Of a DNA stretch of 64,000 bases, positions 40,371 to 54,514 are shown piece by piece; position 1 is the first letter of the stretch; each line of letters begins with the position of its first letter. A model generated the notes under the pieces. It searched no databases, was not told the origin of the DNA, and saw only the letters and a program-made list of their open reading frames with translations. Position numbers and translations under genes: made by a program. The stretch is from positions 84,198,001 to 84,262,000 of the forward strand of contig CM052816.1 of assembly GCA_028534125.1 (NCBI GenBank). Direction: 5' to 3'. Source of the stretch: Lama glama. Taxonomy: Eukaryota.

Positions 40371-41985
40371 CATAACACCATATCTTCATACACATGAAAT
40401 TGCCAAATATGTTTAGGAGCTCAATTTTACTTTTGCTAGAATGCAGAATTTTATAAGTTTGACTATTCCATTTTTAATACACTGATATTTTTATGAGAAG
40501 TAAATGCAAAATTTCATCTTAGCTAATACAGCATCGTATTTTTGGAAGTGACATATTCTTTAGATGCAATGATACATTTATTTCTTTTAAATTCCCTTTA
40601 GCAAAGGCGCTCAGCACACATGGCTGTCCTTAAGCCATCGAGCAATTAGAATTGGGGGAACAACCCTTCTGGGCTATTGCGGTTATTTCCCTCATCTTTG
40701 GGAGCTTATCCTTAATTGCTACATCTTCTAGCATAGGACACAGCTTAATAATAATGTCCTGTGATCTCAGCCCTATGAGGAGTGCTTAACTCCTTCTAAG
40801 TACCAAAATCTCAACTTGCTGAGGGATGTTTGAGCTTTCTATGAATACATACTACCTTCCTCCTCTTTTCACCACTTCCTCTTCTGCCTTGAAATATAAC
40901 CTGGCCTTACAAGCTACCCTTCACCAGAGGCAGGTCAAAACCATCACCAAAGCCCAGTGTTTTCCAAATTGAGTGTAAGAGTAGGACCAGAGTCCAGAGG
41001 TTGGCAAGATAGATGGTTTTCCTCCTTCTGTGGTCCCATTAATTTATATTCTTTGGTGAACTACACACTCTCTCCCTCTTTTTCTCTATATTGGGAACAT
41101 AAAACTCAATGAACACTTATTCTTAATAAGGAAACCAATAAGGCTATGGCTATTTCCATGTTTTCTTTTGTTTCCACTGCATTTATAGTTTTCTTAATGG
41201 AGCTTTCATTTCACAGAGTATAAGAGAACAAATAAATGTGAACGGATTGAGCCATGTCTCAGTTACATACTACTCTTTGTAATCCAAGACATTATTCCAG
41301 GGATTACTGCAATATTAAAATGCAAATAGAAGGGTAAAGAAGATGCATTGGACATGCACAATCTGTTTGTATTATTTTTAATTTTAAAGTTTTCTTTTTT
41401 CATTGCAAGAAATAGTTCAGCTATAATGCTATTGAGTGTGCATGAAAAAGACAATCAAAAAAGATACTGAGTGATGCTGCTGTCAAGATACAAGTAGTGT
41501 GTTGTATATATATTTGATTCCATAGCTACATTTTCAAAAGTATTTTTTGCATAAAATCTCATTGACTTCAATTAGAATTTGCAATCTAAGTACACCATAT
41601 GGCTTTGCTTAAAAGCAATGAGACTATTAAATTTAATTACTTTTATATGTCTCTTGCATGGTAAAGGTGCTTGTTAAAGAAGCAGCACTATATGAGAATT
41701 ATTTCTAGTAAAAATTGAAAACTAAGAAGATGGCTACCTTCTGGTGGTTACTAATTGGCAGTCAATGCCGCAAGAAAAGTAATTTTCAGTAATACTAAAA
41801 AATAGCAGGCAGAAAACAATGTCACTTTGTTAATTTTATTGCTGCTCTATATAGCAATATTTGAATATAATGTGAATTAACAGGAGCTGTAAAACAAAGT
41901 ACAGGTCTCCCCCGCTATCAGAAAGTAGAGCCTCCCTGTGAAACCTTTCGTAGGGCGAAATGGCAAGAAGAAAAGAAGCAATTAC

Positions 41986-42164
41986 CTTAGGACACATCTT
42001 GCTAAGGGATGCACAAAGTAAACTGAGATAAAGCACAGATGCTCACAGTCACAGTTCACAGCTACGAGGTCTGGATACTGAGATGTTGAGCGTGGTTCCC
42101 AGGAAAGAAGCTTGGTAATGCCGCTCTCACTGCCTGGGGAGCACGCTGCCTCTGTAACCTCTGG
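41986..42164 (-). other. Candidate exon (5'UTR plus ATG-TGT-CCT-AAG) of an unidentified gene
   Basis: Acceptor TTTATTTTGCAG|, donor AAG|GTAATT, single ATG with A at -3, locally raised CpG, no recognisable repeat; no transcript evidence. Confidence 0.4.
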
Positions 42165-42376
42165 CTGCAAAATAAACGCTGAACACATTTTTGCTTTTCA
42201 CCTTTTTTCATAAAAATGAAAGTCCTCTTCAGATTTCTTTTGGTTAGCAAAAACAGGTACTAATGTTGGTCTTTTGTAAAAGTATAGCAGCATAACTCGA
42301 ACTTTTGAAAAGCAAGGGATACTTGTATGGCTTTTCCTTGAAGGTCTTGTCTTTCTCCTTCTCTTCTCCATAAAAA

Positions 42377-42425
42377 GATATATATATACATACATATATA
42401 TGTGTGTGTGTGTGTATATATACAC
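42377..42425. repeat. Compound (TA)n(TG)n microsatellite
   Basis: Seen directly. Confidence 0.9.
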
Positions 42426-44519
42426 GACTATTTGATGGGATTAGTTATTTCCTTTATCTTGTTTCATTGCAAAAAAATGTTGCAAAGAAGAATCCCTAAT
42501 AAAATCAGACATGTAACATAAAAAATAGAAATGGATTATATTCTCCTGTGTAAATATTATTGGACCTTCAATAGGGAGTGTTAAAGTCTTTGGCCAATTG
42601 GAAAGCAGATACTATTTTGAAAGTGTAACTTTTATTGATCTCCAGCTAATTTTTCCATGTGTTAATTGAATTTCATCCATTATTGCTAGATCTCTTGAAT
42701 TTGCTTTTTTTTTTAAAGCTGGAAATCTGGATAAGAAGTAAAATCTTCAAACTTTAAAATATAGAAAATAAACTAAACAATTCATGAGCAAAACAAGCAT
42801 ATCTTCAGGCTAAATATGGCTCATGTGCTGCCTGTTTTTTTTTCTTTTTTTAGCATTCTGACTTTATGGCGTCAAATTGTTAACAAATTGAACTAAAACC
42901 CATTATTTCCCTACTTGTTCATGCAAGCAATAAAATCAGAAGTATCAGAAATCCTAAGCAATGAAAAGAAAAGTAGCTGCTTTTCTTTTACACAAAACAA
43001 AACATAAACAATTTAGAAAACAGTCCAGTAAAATTGAAAGTAATTTTGCAAAACCTCATTTAAAGCTAAAAAGACGTATTAAAATAATTTCTAAAAAGTA
43101 ATATACAGTAATTTCCTTTATAGTTATGTTATATTGTTTTTTTTTCATTCTAACTTTCTTAAAATTCAGTGGTTATTCCTAATTCAAAGGTGGTTGACTG
43201 AACATAAAGGATTTTCATTCTTCCTATCATAATCCCTTTGAAATCACATAATTAGTGTTTTTAAAAATCAGCACTAATCCCATTCCTGAAAAATCATAGA
43301 GCATACATCCTAAGTACACGAACAGGTATTTCTTGAAATATAATGCATATGATGATTACAGAAACAACTTTAATGGAAGAGAAACCTGCTATTCTTCTGT
43401 TCAAGCGAAAGAACGGTCTCTCCCTCCCCCTGCCCTCTCACTGCCCAGCCTCAAAAAGAAGGGGGGGAAAAAAAGTGAGTCTTTCCAACTTTAGATTGTG
43501 CTTAGAAGATGAGAGGAAGGAATCAGTAGGAATTTTTTTGTTGTTTTTGTTTCTTGTTTTGTTTTATTATTTTTTGTTTTTTGAAAGAGGCACTTGGGGC
43601 TCTTGACAGGGTAAATGTTTAAAGATTGTGGAAAAGCTGTGTCTGTCACCTGTCTCACTTAACAGCATTTTTCTTTATCTTCCTTCCACATAAAAGTATG
43701 TGCACAGTGATCTAACTTGGAAATATATGCCTCTGAACACACCTAGAGTAGAACCTGAGGCCTGAGCAAAAACTCTGGATACCTTGCCCACAACAAATGG
43801 CTTTTTCCACATTTCCTTAAAAACACACTATGATGCACACCACCAACTCACTAGCAGCAGAGTTCCTTTAATTATTGACAGAGAAACAAAAAGTATTACT
43901 TACACTAAAGAAATAAATGCAGGCAAAACATATGTCTCAGCAGAAGCCCCTATTTGAAAATATAAGCAAACAATTACAGATAAAATTGTTTGATAGCTGA
44001 ATAAAGTTAATGATGTGAAGGGAAAAATTTTAAGAAAATAGACTTTCAAGGAAAAAAAACAAAGAATGCTAGGAAAATAGCATGAACTTTATATAAATAA
44101 AATTAATACTCTCAAGTTAGCTAATATTTCATGTAAAACCAAAATCAGGCTATTATTAGAAAGTATTGGCCAGATTTCTTTAAAACTAAAATTTATATTC
44201 TAAAGAAGACATTTTTGAGGCAGAAAATCCAATAGTGACAAATTATCAAAACTCAGTGCAGAAAGTCAAATATATATTTTTTAAATGGGAAAGAATAAAG
44301 CAAATGAATAATTGATCCAATCCAATAAGTTAGAGAGAGAGGGAAAAGAGATAAATAGGGCAGGGACCAAAAGAAAAATATCCCTGTGCTAAGGAATGTC
44401 TTAAATCTTCAATAAGGAAGACATATATTCCCTCATAGGAAGAGGGAAAACAAAAAGTCATCTGTCTACATTCATCTTGGTGTGTTTACTAAATGCAGAG
44501 GTCATAGAAATGTATTGTT

Positions 44520-45005
44520 CATAGAAGTCCTTGGAGAAGGAATTAATTCTAGTTGAGGAAAGTATAAGATAAGCCTGGAAAATCATTTGATAGTAAGGAA
44601 GCACTCAAAACAAAACAAGGTATGTCTTATATGCAAAAGAACCAAATTAAAAGACCCCCCAATGGACAGATGATTTAAACAGCAAAGTAAATGGCAATGC
44701 CACTGGATTGTGACCTATCAAATAAAGTAAATATCCATGAAAACATTCTGTTATCAATAAATGCATAAATAAATGTACAGAGAGAAGGGAAAGTTCTCTC
44801 TTATGAAAATTTCATTTGGTATGAAAGGAATGAGGAAAAGCAGAATACCACTGTTAGAACGCCAGTCTCATAATGGTTGAGGGCTAAAAATTGGAAGAGT
44901 CCAAATATTTGCATCATCTCAAATAGTCTCTTCCAAAGTATCTATTTATTACAGAGTGAGAAACAGTCACTTTGCAATGGAAGAAGCCAGCAAGCACCAC
45001 AATGG
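44520..45005 (+). mobile_element. L1MC/L1MD-type 3'UTR fragment
   Basis: Homologous to about 39455-39930 ('ccttggagaa...attctag...ataagcctgga'). Confidence 0.75.
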
Positions 45006-46746
45006 CATGAACTAGATGGCGTTGGTGGCATAAATAAAACTTGGTAGAAAAAAAAATAAATTTACATTTTAATTATAAGATATAAAATTTTAAAACTTGG
45101 AAGAATGCTCAAGATTTGTGCCAAAGACTTGTGGGTTAAAAAGGGAATACATTTTTCTTTAAATATCAATGCCTTTAGCTTTATGAACATATCTACTGAC
45201 ATTCTAATAAAAAAAAATCACTGAAGTAATTAAAAGAATTTTCAAACAGCTAAGGAAAACATCAAATTTTGAACTGTTGATAATACTGCTCTCTGTCATT
45301 CTCCTTAAACTTATGCAAAATCATTATTTATTTTATTAGTAAAATGAGTTGAGGTAGCCCAAATAAAAGATCAAGTAATTTTTTTCCCGTCTGTAGAAAT
45401 GTGACCGTTAAATAGCTGTGTAATTTCACTCAGTTCTAAAATATAAGGGTAAATAATTTTTCTCCCTTTGTATACATAAAAACTCCAATAAATAGACCCA
45501 AACCTACTGGAAAACCAGTAAATTGTTTAGCATCTTAGAGATTAGCACCAGATTTTTTTTTTTTTGAATTGAGAGTTCATACTTCAAGGTTTTCCTTTTT
45601 GTACAGAAATTCAACCACAACCAATGGGGTCGATCATGAATTCTGTGAAGAAAAGAGATGGAGACCAATCTTAGAGTGCATTTTATGGCTTTGGCATAGC
45701 TGACAGGCCATGATAGGATTTCTCCTTAACATTAAGCCATTTGCCTTTTTCCCCAGGTAGGTGTATATTTCTCCTAATTTTGCAAAGGTATTAAATTCAG
45801 TCTCATCATATTATACATCTATTTCAAGGTATATTCCACCTACTTTTGGATACTACCAAATATTTTATCCATGATTCCCAGCCATTTCTCTAAAACTGAA
45901 CTATACTTCCTGCTTTGGAAAGGTCTTGAGCCACATTTTCTCCTATTGTGATACATTCTAAAGTTTAATTCAACTTGTCCTACCCATAGAAGATAATATT
46001 ATTAATATTATGGTAGATGCCATAGTAACTCAATCACTTCAAAGAAGAAACAAGCAGGCATGGAATTATTTTGTAGGCAAAGGATGACTTGGCACAGAAT
46101 GTAGCTAAAAACAGACACACTAAATCATCTGCCTGAAGTTTGAATACCATGAAAACTGGCATGGGAGAGTTTTAAGTCAAGCAGATTTAGGTTTACTTGT
46201 TGTGGCTAAATGAAACTTTTTCTGTGTTCCTTGAACCAATAAAATACATAATTAATTTGGTAGATTTAATCTTGTGATCATAGCAAAGAATTAAATGAAT
46301 TGTAAGTTTCTTTAGTTTCAAAAATCTTTAAAAAACATACCTAACTTTACACTATTTCATTTAACTATGTAGGATTTGAATATGCATATGTATGTACACA
46401 AGTATATAAACATCTCAGTGTTTGACTTATAAAGAACCAGTACTATATCTGTAATTTCGCCATTAGATGCAATGTAAACTGACACTTAGAAGAATGAGCT
46501 TATTTAAGACATTCAAGACATTTCTGGTAAAGGTGAAGCTTAACTATCAGAGAAGTTCAAGACATAACCGTAAAGTGGTAAAATCAAAGACCAGCAATGA
46601 ATCTGAAGTGAAAACATGTTGTGAACCTTTGAGGATGGGTTGGCTAGGGAGCAGCAAAATGGTAGATCAAGTTTCAGAAGATGTATTTAAACAGAAGTCA
46701 CTTCATTTAGTGCTTAATGATTGTCAGCATGTTCTTTGATATACAT

Positions 46747-47208
46747 TGTTATGATAACGGCTTCCAAATACAGCCTAATACCTGGAAACGGTGAATTTCA
46801 GGTTACATGGTAAAAGTTTTACAGATGTAATTAAAGATTTTGATATGAAGAGATTGTCACAGTCACAAATGCCATTAAAAGAGAGAAGCAGAAACATACG
46901 TGATACCCACAGAAGAGGAGGCGATGTGTCCATGGAGACAGAGACTGGAGTGACATCACCTCAAACTAGGGTAAGCAAAGGCACACCAGCAGGCAGCGGA
47001 AGACAGAAGAATCAAGAAACAGATTCTCCCCCACAGCCTCAGGAGGAAGCATGGCCTTGCCAACACCTTGATTTTGAAATTATTCTGTTGATGTTAGGAT
47101 GACCTTTGCCAACATTTGGCCTCCAGAATTGTGAGAAAACAAATTCCTGTTGGTTTAATCTACCAAGGTTGTGGCAATTTGTTACAACAGCCACAGAAAA
47201 CTAACACC
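46747..47208 (+). mobile_element. MLT1B/C-like MaLR LTR
   Basis: 'gattctcccccacagcctcaggaggaagcatggccttgccaacaccttgatttt' and 'tttgttacaacagccacagaaaacta'. Confidence 0.88.
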
Positions 47209-48419
47209 TTCCTCATTATGTTCTGTAGATGCTGCACTTGGCCACTGAGAAGAAGACATTTTCCCACAATGTAGAATGTAGTGAGGGTGGAAGGAGTAGG
47301 CACTGCAGAATGGTGTCACCATGGAGTGAAAGGACTTATATTAATATACTGACTCTTGTGTTTGTAATTGTAGCCAACTTTTGTGGGCATATATAGCACA
47401 CATGCATTCAATCTACTGAATAATGTAGCATCTGAAAATACAAAGCATTATCTATTTTAATTACTAATTCAAAAGCACCTTGTGCATGAGCAGATGTTTG
47501 CAACTTTTTGCCAAGCAATTAAAAGATATTGATACAGCTGAGTTTTGCACCTGATTGGAAAGATGAACAAAGTATGAAGATTTATCACACTTGAAAATTG
47601 GTCATTGGTGGCAATAATCTTCATGACACAAGATTATTCAGACATATCCCACTGCCCCTCTTAAAGAAAACACACATTAAGATTATTAAAAATCAGTAAT
47701 GGGTGGAGCCCATATATAAACTTCTGATTTATACTAAGCAATCAGAAGTACAATCAATACAAATGAGGGCCCTGGTTGAGGTCAACTACCACAAACATTA
47801 TAGTATTTGAGAAATTACTAGGGTATACTGTGTCACTGGACTTCAGCTTCCACATTGAAATATCTGTCTTCACTAATCACTTGTACATTTAATTGGTTTT
47901 GAAATATTTGCTTGATTTTAAGATATTGAATCAACTGCAGCATTTTTTTCTTCTTAAAGGAAGAGTGAGCAAAAGTAATATTGAAGTCACAAGAACAAAG
48001 AGACATTTCTATTAATGAAAAATACTTACATATCCTATATGTTCTATATTAAAACGAAATATTATGTATAATGCAATGCAAGTTCAATACAATCAAATAA
48101 ATTAATTTATTGCATTGTTAGACAAATTGCAGACTAATAAAACTTCATTTTAGACTTAAATAATGTTTTCACCTTTATATGTCTTGGAATATTAATAATT
48201 TGCCTCAGTTATGCTACTGTTTTTTTCAGAGCACGTTAAACAATGCAGAATTTCAATATGTATTCAAATTATTTCCAATACAAACACATACATAAATGTG
48301 TGCATATATATGGATAAACACAAATATATAAACATGAATATGTTTTGGTCATATTCATATCAATGCTACTATAACTTTTACTAATTTAGTATTCAAAAAT
48401 ATCTCCTGATTGCTTTCTA

Positions 48420-48870
48420 AACATCAGGTTCTACGGTGGATGTCAGGAATAGAGTTTCAACAATTGTTTTAATGGAGGGAGACAGCAAGTAAACATTTAG
48501 CATAATTTCAGGTAGTGACAAAAGTTGCAAGGAAAATTAGGCAGAGTGAGGGAGTGGAAAGTGGTGGCAGGGCGAGGAATTCTTTCTTCTGGTAGAGTCC
48601 CCAGAAGAGACACGTTTGATGAGAGGAAATGTTAAGTGGAGCTGTAACAGGGATAAGAAAGTTAGCTATGTGATTATCTAGGGGAAGTGTCTTCAGCATA
48701 AAGATTAACAACTGTGAATATATGAAGCCACACCTTCTGAGATGCCAGAGTGAGAATGAAGCCAGTGTGGGAGGCGCAGTGTGAACAAGGGGAGTGTTTT
48801 GTGAAATTAAGCTGGAAAAATAACCGCAAGTAAGATAATGAAAGTCTTTCTTGAACAATAAATAAATGCA
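48420..48870 (-). mobile_element. L2 remnant
   Basis: Purine-rich antisense L2 motifs such as 'gaagccagtgtgggagg'. Confidence 0.6.
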
Positions 48871-49189
48871 ACTCTCTTCACTCTGTCCTACAAAGTCCTT
48901 CCTTGATCTCTCTGGAACATCAGCTCCATCACCTAAATTCCTGAGCCCTCGTGTTTTCATGTGTTCCCTTTGCTGTAGTGTGGCAATCATTGGGCTCACT
49001 GTGCTATATTTATGTATTTATTTGTCAGTTCTCATGGATCAGTATACTTCATTGCCTGATATCTAGTTACTTGAAAATGATTGTCTCATGTATATTGTCC
49101 CATTAAAACAAAAGTGTTTCAGGTGGGAGAGTAAATCTAGTTCCTGTAACTCTATTTTGGTCAGAATTAAGTTCAACTATGTTTGAAAT

Positions 49190-51230
49190 GCCAGCAGCAA
49201 CCTATTTTAAAAAAAAAACTTAAAACTCTAAGTTACTCTAAAAGCATAAAGCAGCTAGGAATAATTTAACAAAATATATATAAAAAGTTTATACTTAAAA
49301 ACTATAAAATATTGCTGATAAAAAAATAAATAGAGCCAAATAAATTGAGAGGTAAATTTGTGTATTGGAAGACTGAGAATTAAGTCACTGTTTTCTAATT
49401 TGATGTTTGGATTATTATAATCCCAATACTATTCCCAGCAGAATTTTGGAGTAGACATTGACCAGTTGATTCTGAAATGCACGTGGAAATGCAAAGAATA
49501 TAAAATATGCAAAGTAATCTCGTAAAAGAACAAATTTGGGAAAGTCACACGGATTTCCAGCCTTATATAAAGCTGTAGAAAATTAGAGAGAGTAATGTCA
49601 ACATAAAGACTGACAAATAGAAGAACAGAGTGGAATAAAGAGATCATAAATAATCCATGTTTCTATGATCATTTGATTTGTGACATAATTTTTTTCTTTT
49701 AATTTTGCCCAAGCATTCCAACGAGGAAAGAAATGTCATCAAGAAAATGGGACTAGAATGTGACAATGAATATATGTATGTTTATGTATAACTGAAAAAT
49801 TGTGTTCTACAATGGAATTTGACATAACATTGTAAAATGACTATAACTCAATAAAAAAAGTTAAAACAATACTACGTAAAAGAAAAAGAAAAAGAAAATG
49901 GGACTAGAACAGTTGGGTAGCCATGTGTAGCAAAAATGAACTTTGAATTCTACCTTACATCATACATAAAAATTAATTTGATATAGATCTTAAATTAAAA
50001 TATATCAGCTAAGGCTATAAAAACTATAGATCTTTGAAACTTGGGCATAGCAAAAGTTTTTTTTTAATCCATAAATGATATTTTAAAAGTAATACATTAA
50101 ATCAAAAGAAAAAACTCCAAAAATAGTGTAAACTCAATTAAAAGTTAGTCACAAACTAAGAAAAATTTTCAAAACTTAAATCTGACAAAAGATTGCTGTT
50201 CAAGATATGCATAACAGAAACCTCGACTGCCTAATAAAATAAGTAAGAACCTTTAAAAGACACTTCACATAGAAAATATGTGAATAGACAACTAAACATA
50301 CCATACAAAAATAGTCACACCATTTATATCAGAATTGCAAATTAGGTAATAATGAGATATCAGTATTTAGTTACTACAATAATTATAAAGACTGACAATA
50401 CAAAATATTGATCAGAATCTGAAGCAATATAATGTTTACTCATAACTTCTATTTAAAAATTTCTGGTGGCTTCTTTAAAAAAAAAAAAACCTATCCTTTG
50501 ACTCAACAATTCTTCTTTTAAATTCACCCTAAATAAGTGGAAACATATGATCTAAAAATTGTAAAGGAATATTTAACACTAAGTTTATTAATACTAGCCA
50601 AAACTGGATACACAGAATGGATAAGCAAAATCTGACGTACTTACACAATGGAACACTTTTAATCATTAAAAAGGAGTGAACTTTTGATTCACACAAAAAG
50701 ATACAGAAATCTCAAAAAAAGTGCTAAATGAATGAAAACACTTACACAAAGAGGATATAATGTATGAATCCATTTATATGAATTTTTAAAATAGGAGTAA
50801 TTTATAACAGAAAAATCAAAACAGTCATTGCTTCTGTGTTCGGGGGTGAGAAATAAGCCTAAAGGAATTTTTGGGGGTGTTGACAATTTTCTGTATCTTG
50901 ATAGAGTTTGGGGTTATACAAGTAATGAATTTACGAGAACTTATGTAATAAAGCAGTTAAGTTTTTGCATTTCATTACGTTTAAGTTTTAGCTCAAAAGA
51001 AAATTAAATCTAACAATAATGAATTGTACTTAGTTACATGCATACTGAAACAAATATTTTGGGATAAATGTCATAACGTCAGCAATTTATTTTGAAATGA
51101 ATAGCATAGCATGATAAATGATAATATATTAACTGTAGATTTATGTAGTGAGCATGCATTTATGTAAACTTATTTCAACTTTACTGTATGCTTGATAATT
51201 TTCATAGTAAGTTGTTAAGGTAAAAATGAA
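49190..51230 (+). mobile_element. Old L1ME ORF2 3' part and 3'UTR
   Basis: Decayed ORF2 motifs 'ggaataatttaacaaaa' and 'gttgattctgaaatgcacgtggaaatgcaaaga', followed by 3'UTR motifs. Confidence 0.85.
49759..49891 (+). mobile_element. Young, severely truncated L1 3' end nested in the L1ME
   Basis: Similar to 13450-13558; perfect 18-bp TSD AAGAAAATGGGACTAGAA (49741-49758 / 49892-49909). Confidence 0.92.
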
Positions 51231-53563
51231 GCATAATAAACAGCAATCATAGCTGAAGATCCCATTGGTCATTTAGAAATGGTTTAACATTTTTTAGTAA
51301 TAAAATAGGATTTTCCTCCTCCATCTACTTCTTTCAAAGATCACTCTCCCCAAAAAACATCTAATACTTAACATACATTTCTCCTCTATTCACTCATTAG
51401 AATGTAACAAATAAATGTCTTTCTGTGCATCCAAGATATATCAGATAAATGACAGCCTTTGTCAAAGTAGCATACAATATATTTTTAAACACTTAAACAT
51501 AGCTTTTACTTTGTAGAAATAAAATATAGCTGGTTGGTGGGCCTCCTATTTTTAAGACATTTTTTCCTACCAAAATTCTGAATGTATAATTGACTTACTA
51601 CTTTTGTATTTTGTATGGTAAGGTTTAAATTAAGGAATATTTGAAAAACCTTTAATTATATTAGAACATTATACAAATGTCTTAGTGATCTCTTCTTTGT
51701 ATGATAACTAACTTTCATATTATCTTAAATACCAAATACTATTACATGCTGTCTATAGTTGGCTGTATAAGTAGAGTATGATTTAGTAACATTACCAATT
51801 TACTATTCTAATGACCTTTTTGGTCCATTAAATAATTCACTTGAGATCATCGTGTATCCCAAGACACAGTGTATCATCATATTTAAACATGCTTCCCTTG
51901 AATAATGGAAATTACCATTTTCAGAGGCAAATGCAAAGACTAGGACGGATTGAGGTTTACTGAAGCTGGGGAATGGGTAGGGAAGAAAGTTGAGAAATTC
52001 TACAAAAGTCAGAATTCATTTCCCACAATGTCATGAAAAATGACTACCCTGTTTTCTCATTAATTTAGACCCCAGGTCTCCAATTTGCAGAAGAATGTGG
52101 AAGTATGCAATAATTTTATCTCAACCCGTTTATATCTGTCTATGCATTTGCACAATAAACAGCACAGCACACACCAGTCCAGGATTCATATCAACCTCAG
52201 TGATGCTGCAATCATTAGAAAGTCTTCCCCTATCCTTGATATTTTGGTAAATGGCTGTATCTTATCATTAGTTTCCAATATTTTTTATATTTTTATATCT
52301 TCATACTTAAAATGATTGGAATACAATAGAAGAATGGTTGCTATTTGCTATTTAGCACGTAATATACAACCTCTAACCACTGGATTCTGTACATAAGTTA
52401 TATAATTAAATAATATTTTTTATCAGAAATGCCAACCTTGCACACATTCAACATAGGCATCAAAGTATGGCTAAGTTGTTTTGAAGGGAAAAAAAAACCC
52501 ATAAAATTACTTTTGTTCATGAACTATTTTGTCATATTTTACAGCTTTGCTCAAGATAAATTTAAAGATTTGTATTGAAAAGTTTATTATGTGGAAAGTT
52601 AATGTAAAGTTTTCTGATTATTTGAGGTGGCAGAATTTTTCAACTTAAAAAAGATTATTTTAATATATTAACAACTTCTATTTTGCAATATTTTAGAAGA
52701 ATATATTTCAAGGAGAAAGCAGCTTCATTATGATTTCTCCCTTATTTCTTTTGAAGTACATTTCCATAATTCAGAATACTTGATTTTAGACAATCAAATA
52801 TTTCTTTTGGAATTTGTTTTGATTTGTAAGTTCAGACTGACAATTCAAATAACAGAAATATATTTTTAAAAATTCCTTATATAAAAATAAAGCGATGCCA
52901 TTAAATTAGATTCTAAAAAATGATGCAGAACTTTCACAATTATGTTGCTGAACTTGGTAGGTATCTTATCTGCCCAATCCTGACACTATAATTTGCATAT
53001 AAGGCAGTTGTTCATATTTTATTACATTAAGTTGAGTCTACATTATTCACTGAAAAATCTTTTTTCAACATAAAGTGTTGCACATGTACAACTTATTTAC
53101 ATTAAAAATTTGCTTCCTAAGTTTAAACTATGTCAATATCATCTCCAGCTTACAAAATATGAAGTGGAGATATAGAGAGATAAAGTAATATTCCTGCAGA
53201 ATAAGGCAACTAATGGATTAGGGCATCATCATTTGGGCAATTTATTGTTTACTGATAAATATCATGTGTAACACAAATATCCCCAGACATTATGTGTACA
53301 ACGGTTTTTTTTATCACACATGTATGAATTAGATAGCCCATATTTTTTAAAAGTTTCATAGTTCCAGAGCAATTTCCCCCAAATTTTGGAGGCTCAGGCA
53401 CGCATTTTTTGTTTTTAAGAATGATTTTGTATTTGCCGGTGTCAAGTATTAGGCCATATACAAAATGTTTTCATATTTTTCCTCTCTAGAGCTTATTTAA
53501 ATGAAAAAGGAAATACATTAACAATAAAACAGGAATAATGCTGGTGAACAAACAAAAAAGAAT

Positions 53564-53565
53564 GA

Positions 53566-53640
<75 letters not shown>
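53564..53640. repeat. (GAAA)19 microsatellite
   Basis: Perfect tetranucleotide repeat. Confidence 0.98.
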
Positions 53641-54514
53641 TGAGCAATGAGAACTTAAGAGGGGAGTTGCAAGTCCTAGATAAAGAAATGTACGTGTTTA
53701 AGTTGAATTCTTACAAATCTGCAAGACCATTTAAGTAATTCCTGAAAAAGTTCTTCAGATGAGAAATTGCAATAGCTAAGAGCAGGAAAACAAAGTAAAG
53801 CAGTATTAATAATAATCCTTAATTGGAATGAGTTGAGACTGTGTTGATATTTGCAGGGGAGAGAGGCATTTATTAATGAGATTTTTTTCCCTCTGGAAAT
53901 TTTCAAGGGCAAACAATGTGACATGTAAAGAAAGGGAGCTGTACTGAAAATTAAAGGTGTGTATAAAGAATTTTTAAAATAAATATGATATATGTACCCA
54001 AATACACATATTTTATTTCTTATATTATGTGCATTTCTACTTATCAGCTTTCATATATTATCAATGTACCTGGTCAGTGTGCAAAATGACATACTGGTGA
54101 GGCAATGCTAGCTACAAGAAAATCAACATGTCAGTTCTGCAAAATATACTGAACGTCAGAAAACTACAATCTAGGTAATAATCCGGAACACAAGAATTAT
54201 AAAACATAACATATGATAAAGTTAAATAAAATGTTCTTAATGAAATACATCAAGTTTATATACATTGGACTGTGAAACTAGTCCCCAAGCTTGACAAGAA
54301 TCAATTATTCAACACCTGAAATCTACTGCAACCCATGACAAATCTTTTTTTTTTTTCCCATTTTAGTCTAAAACATGTTAAGACAATAGCAACCTTAAGA
54401 AGGTAAGGAACAGAAAACTCTTTGAAGTTTAAAAATAAAACTGGAATAAGAGTATGGAATAAAACTAAACACATGGCATTAAAATCAGTTTAGTCAGAAC
54501 AGCAATTCCACCTT

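Noticed and set aside
48508..48999. Longest ORF (163 aa)
   Set aside because: Largely overlaps an L2 remnant; no recognisable domain.
53538..53738. KERK-repeat ORF
   Set aside because: Translation of the (GAAA)19 microsatellite.
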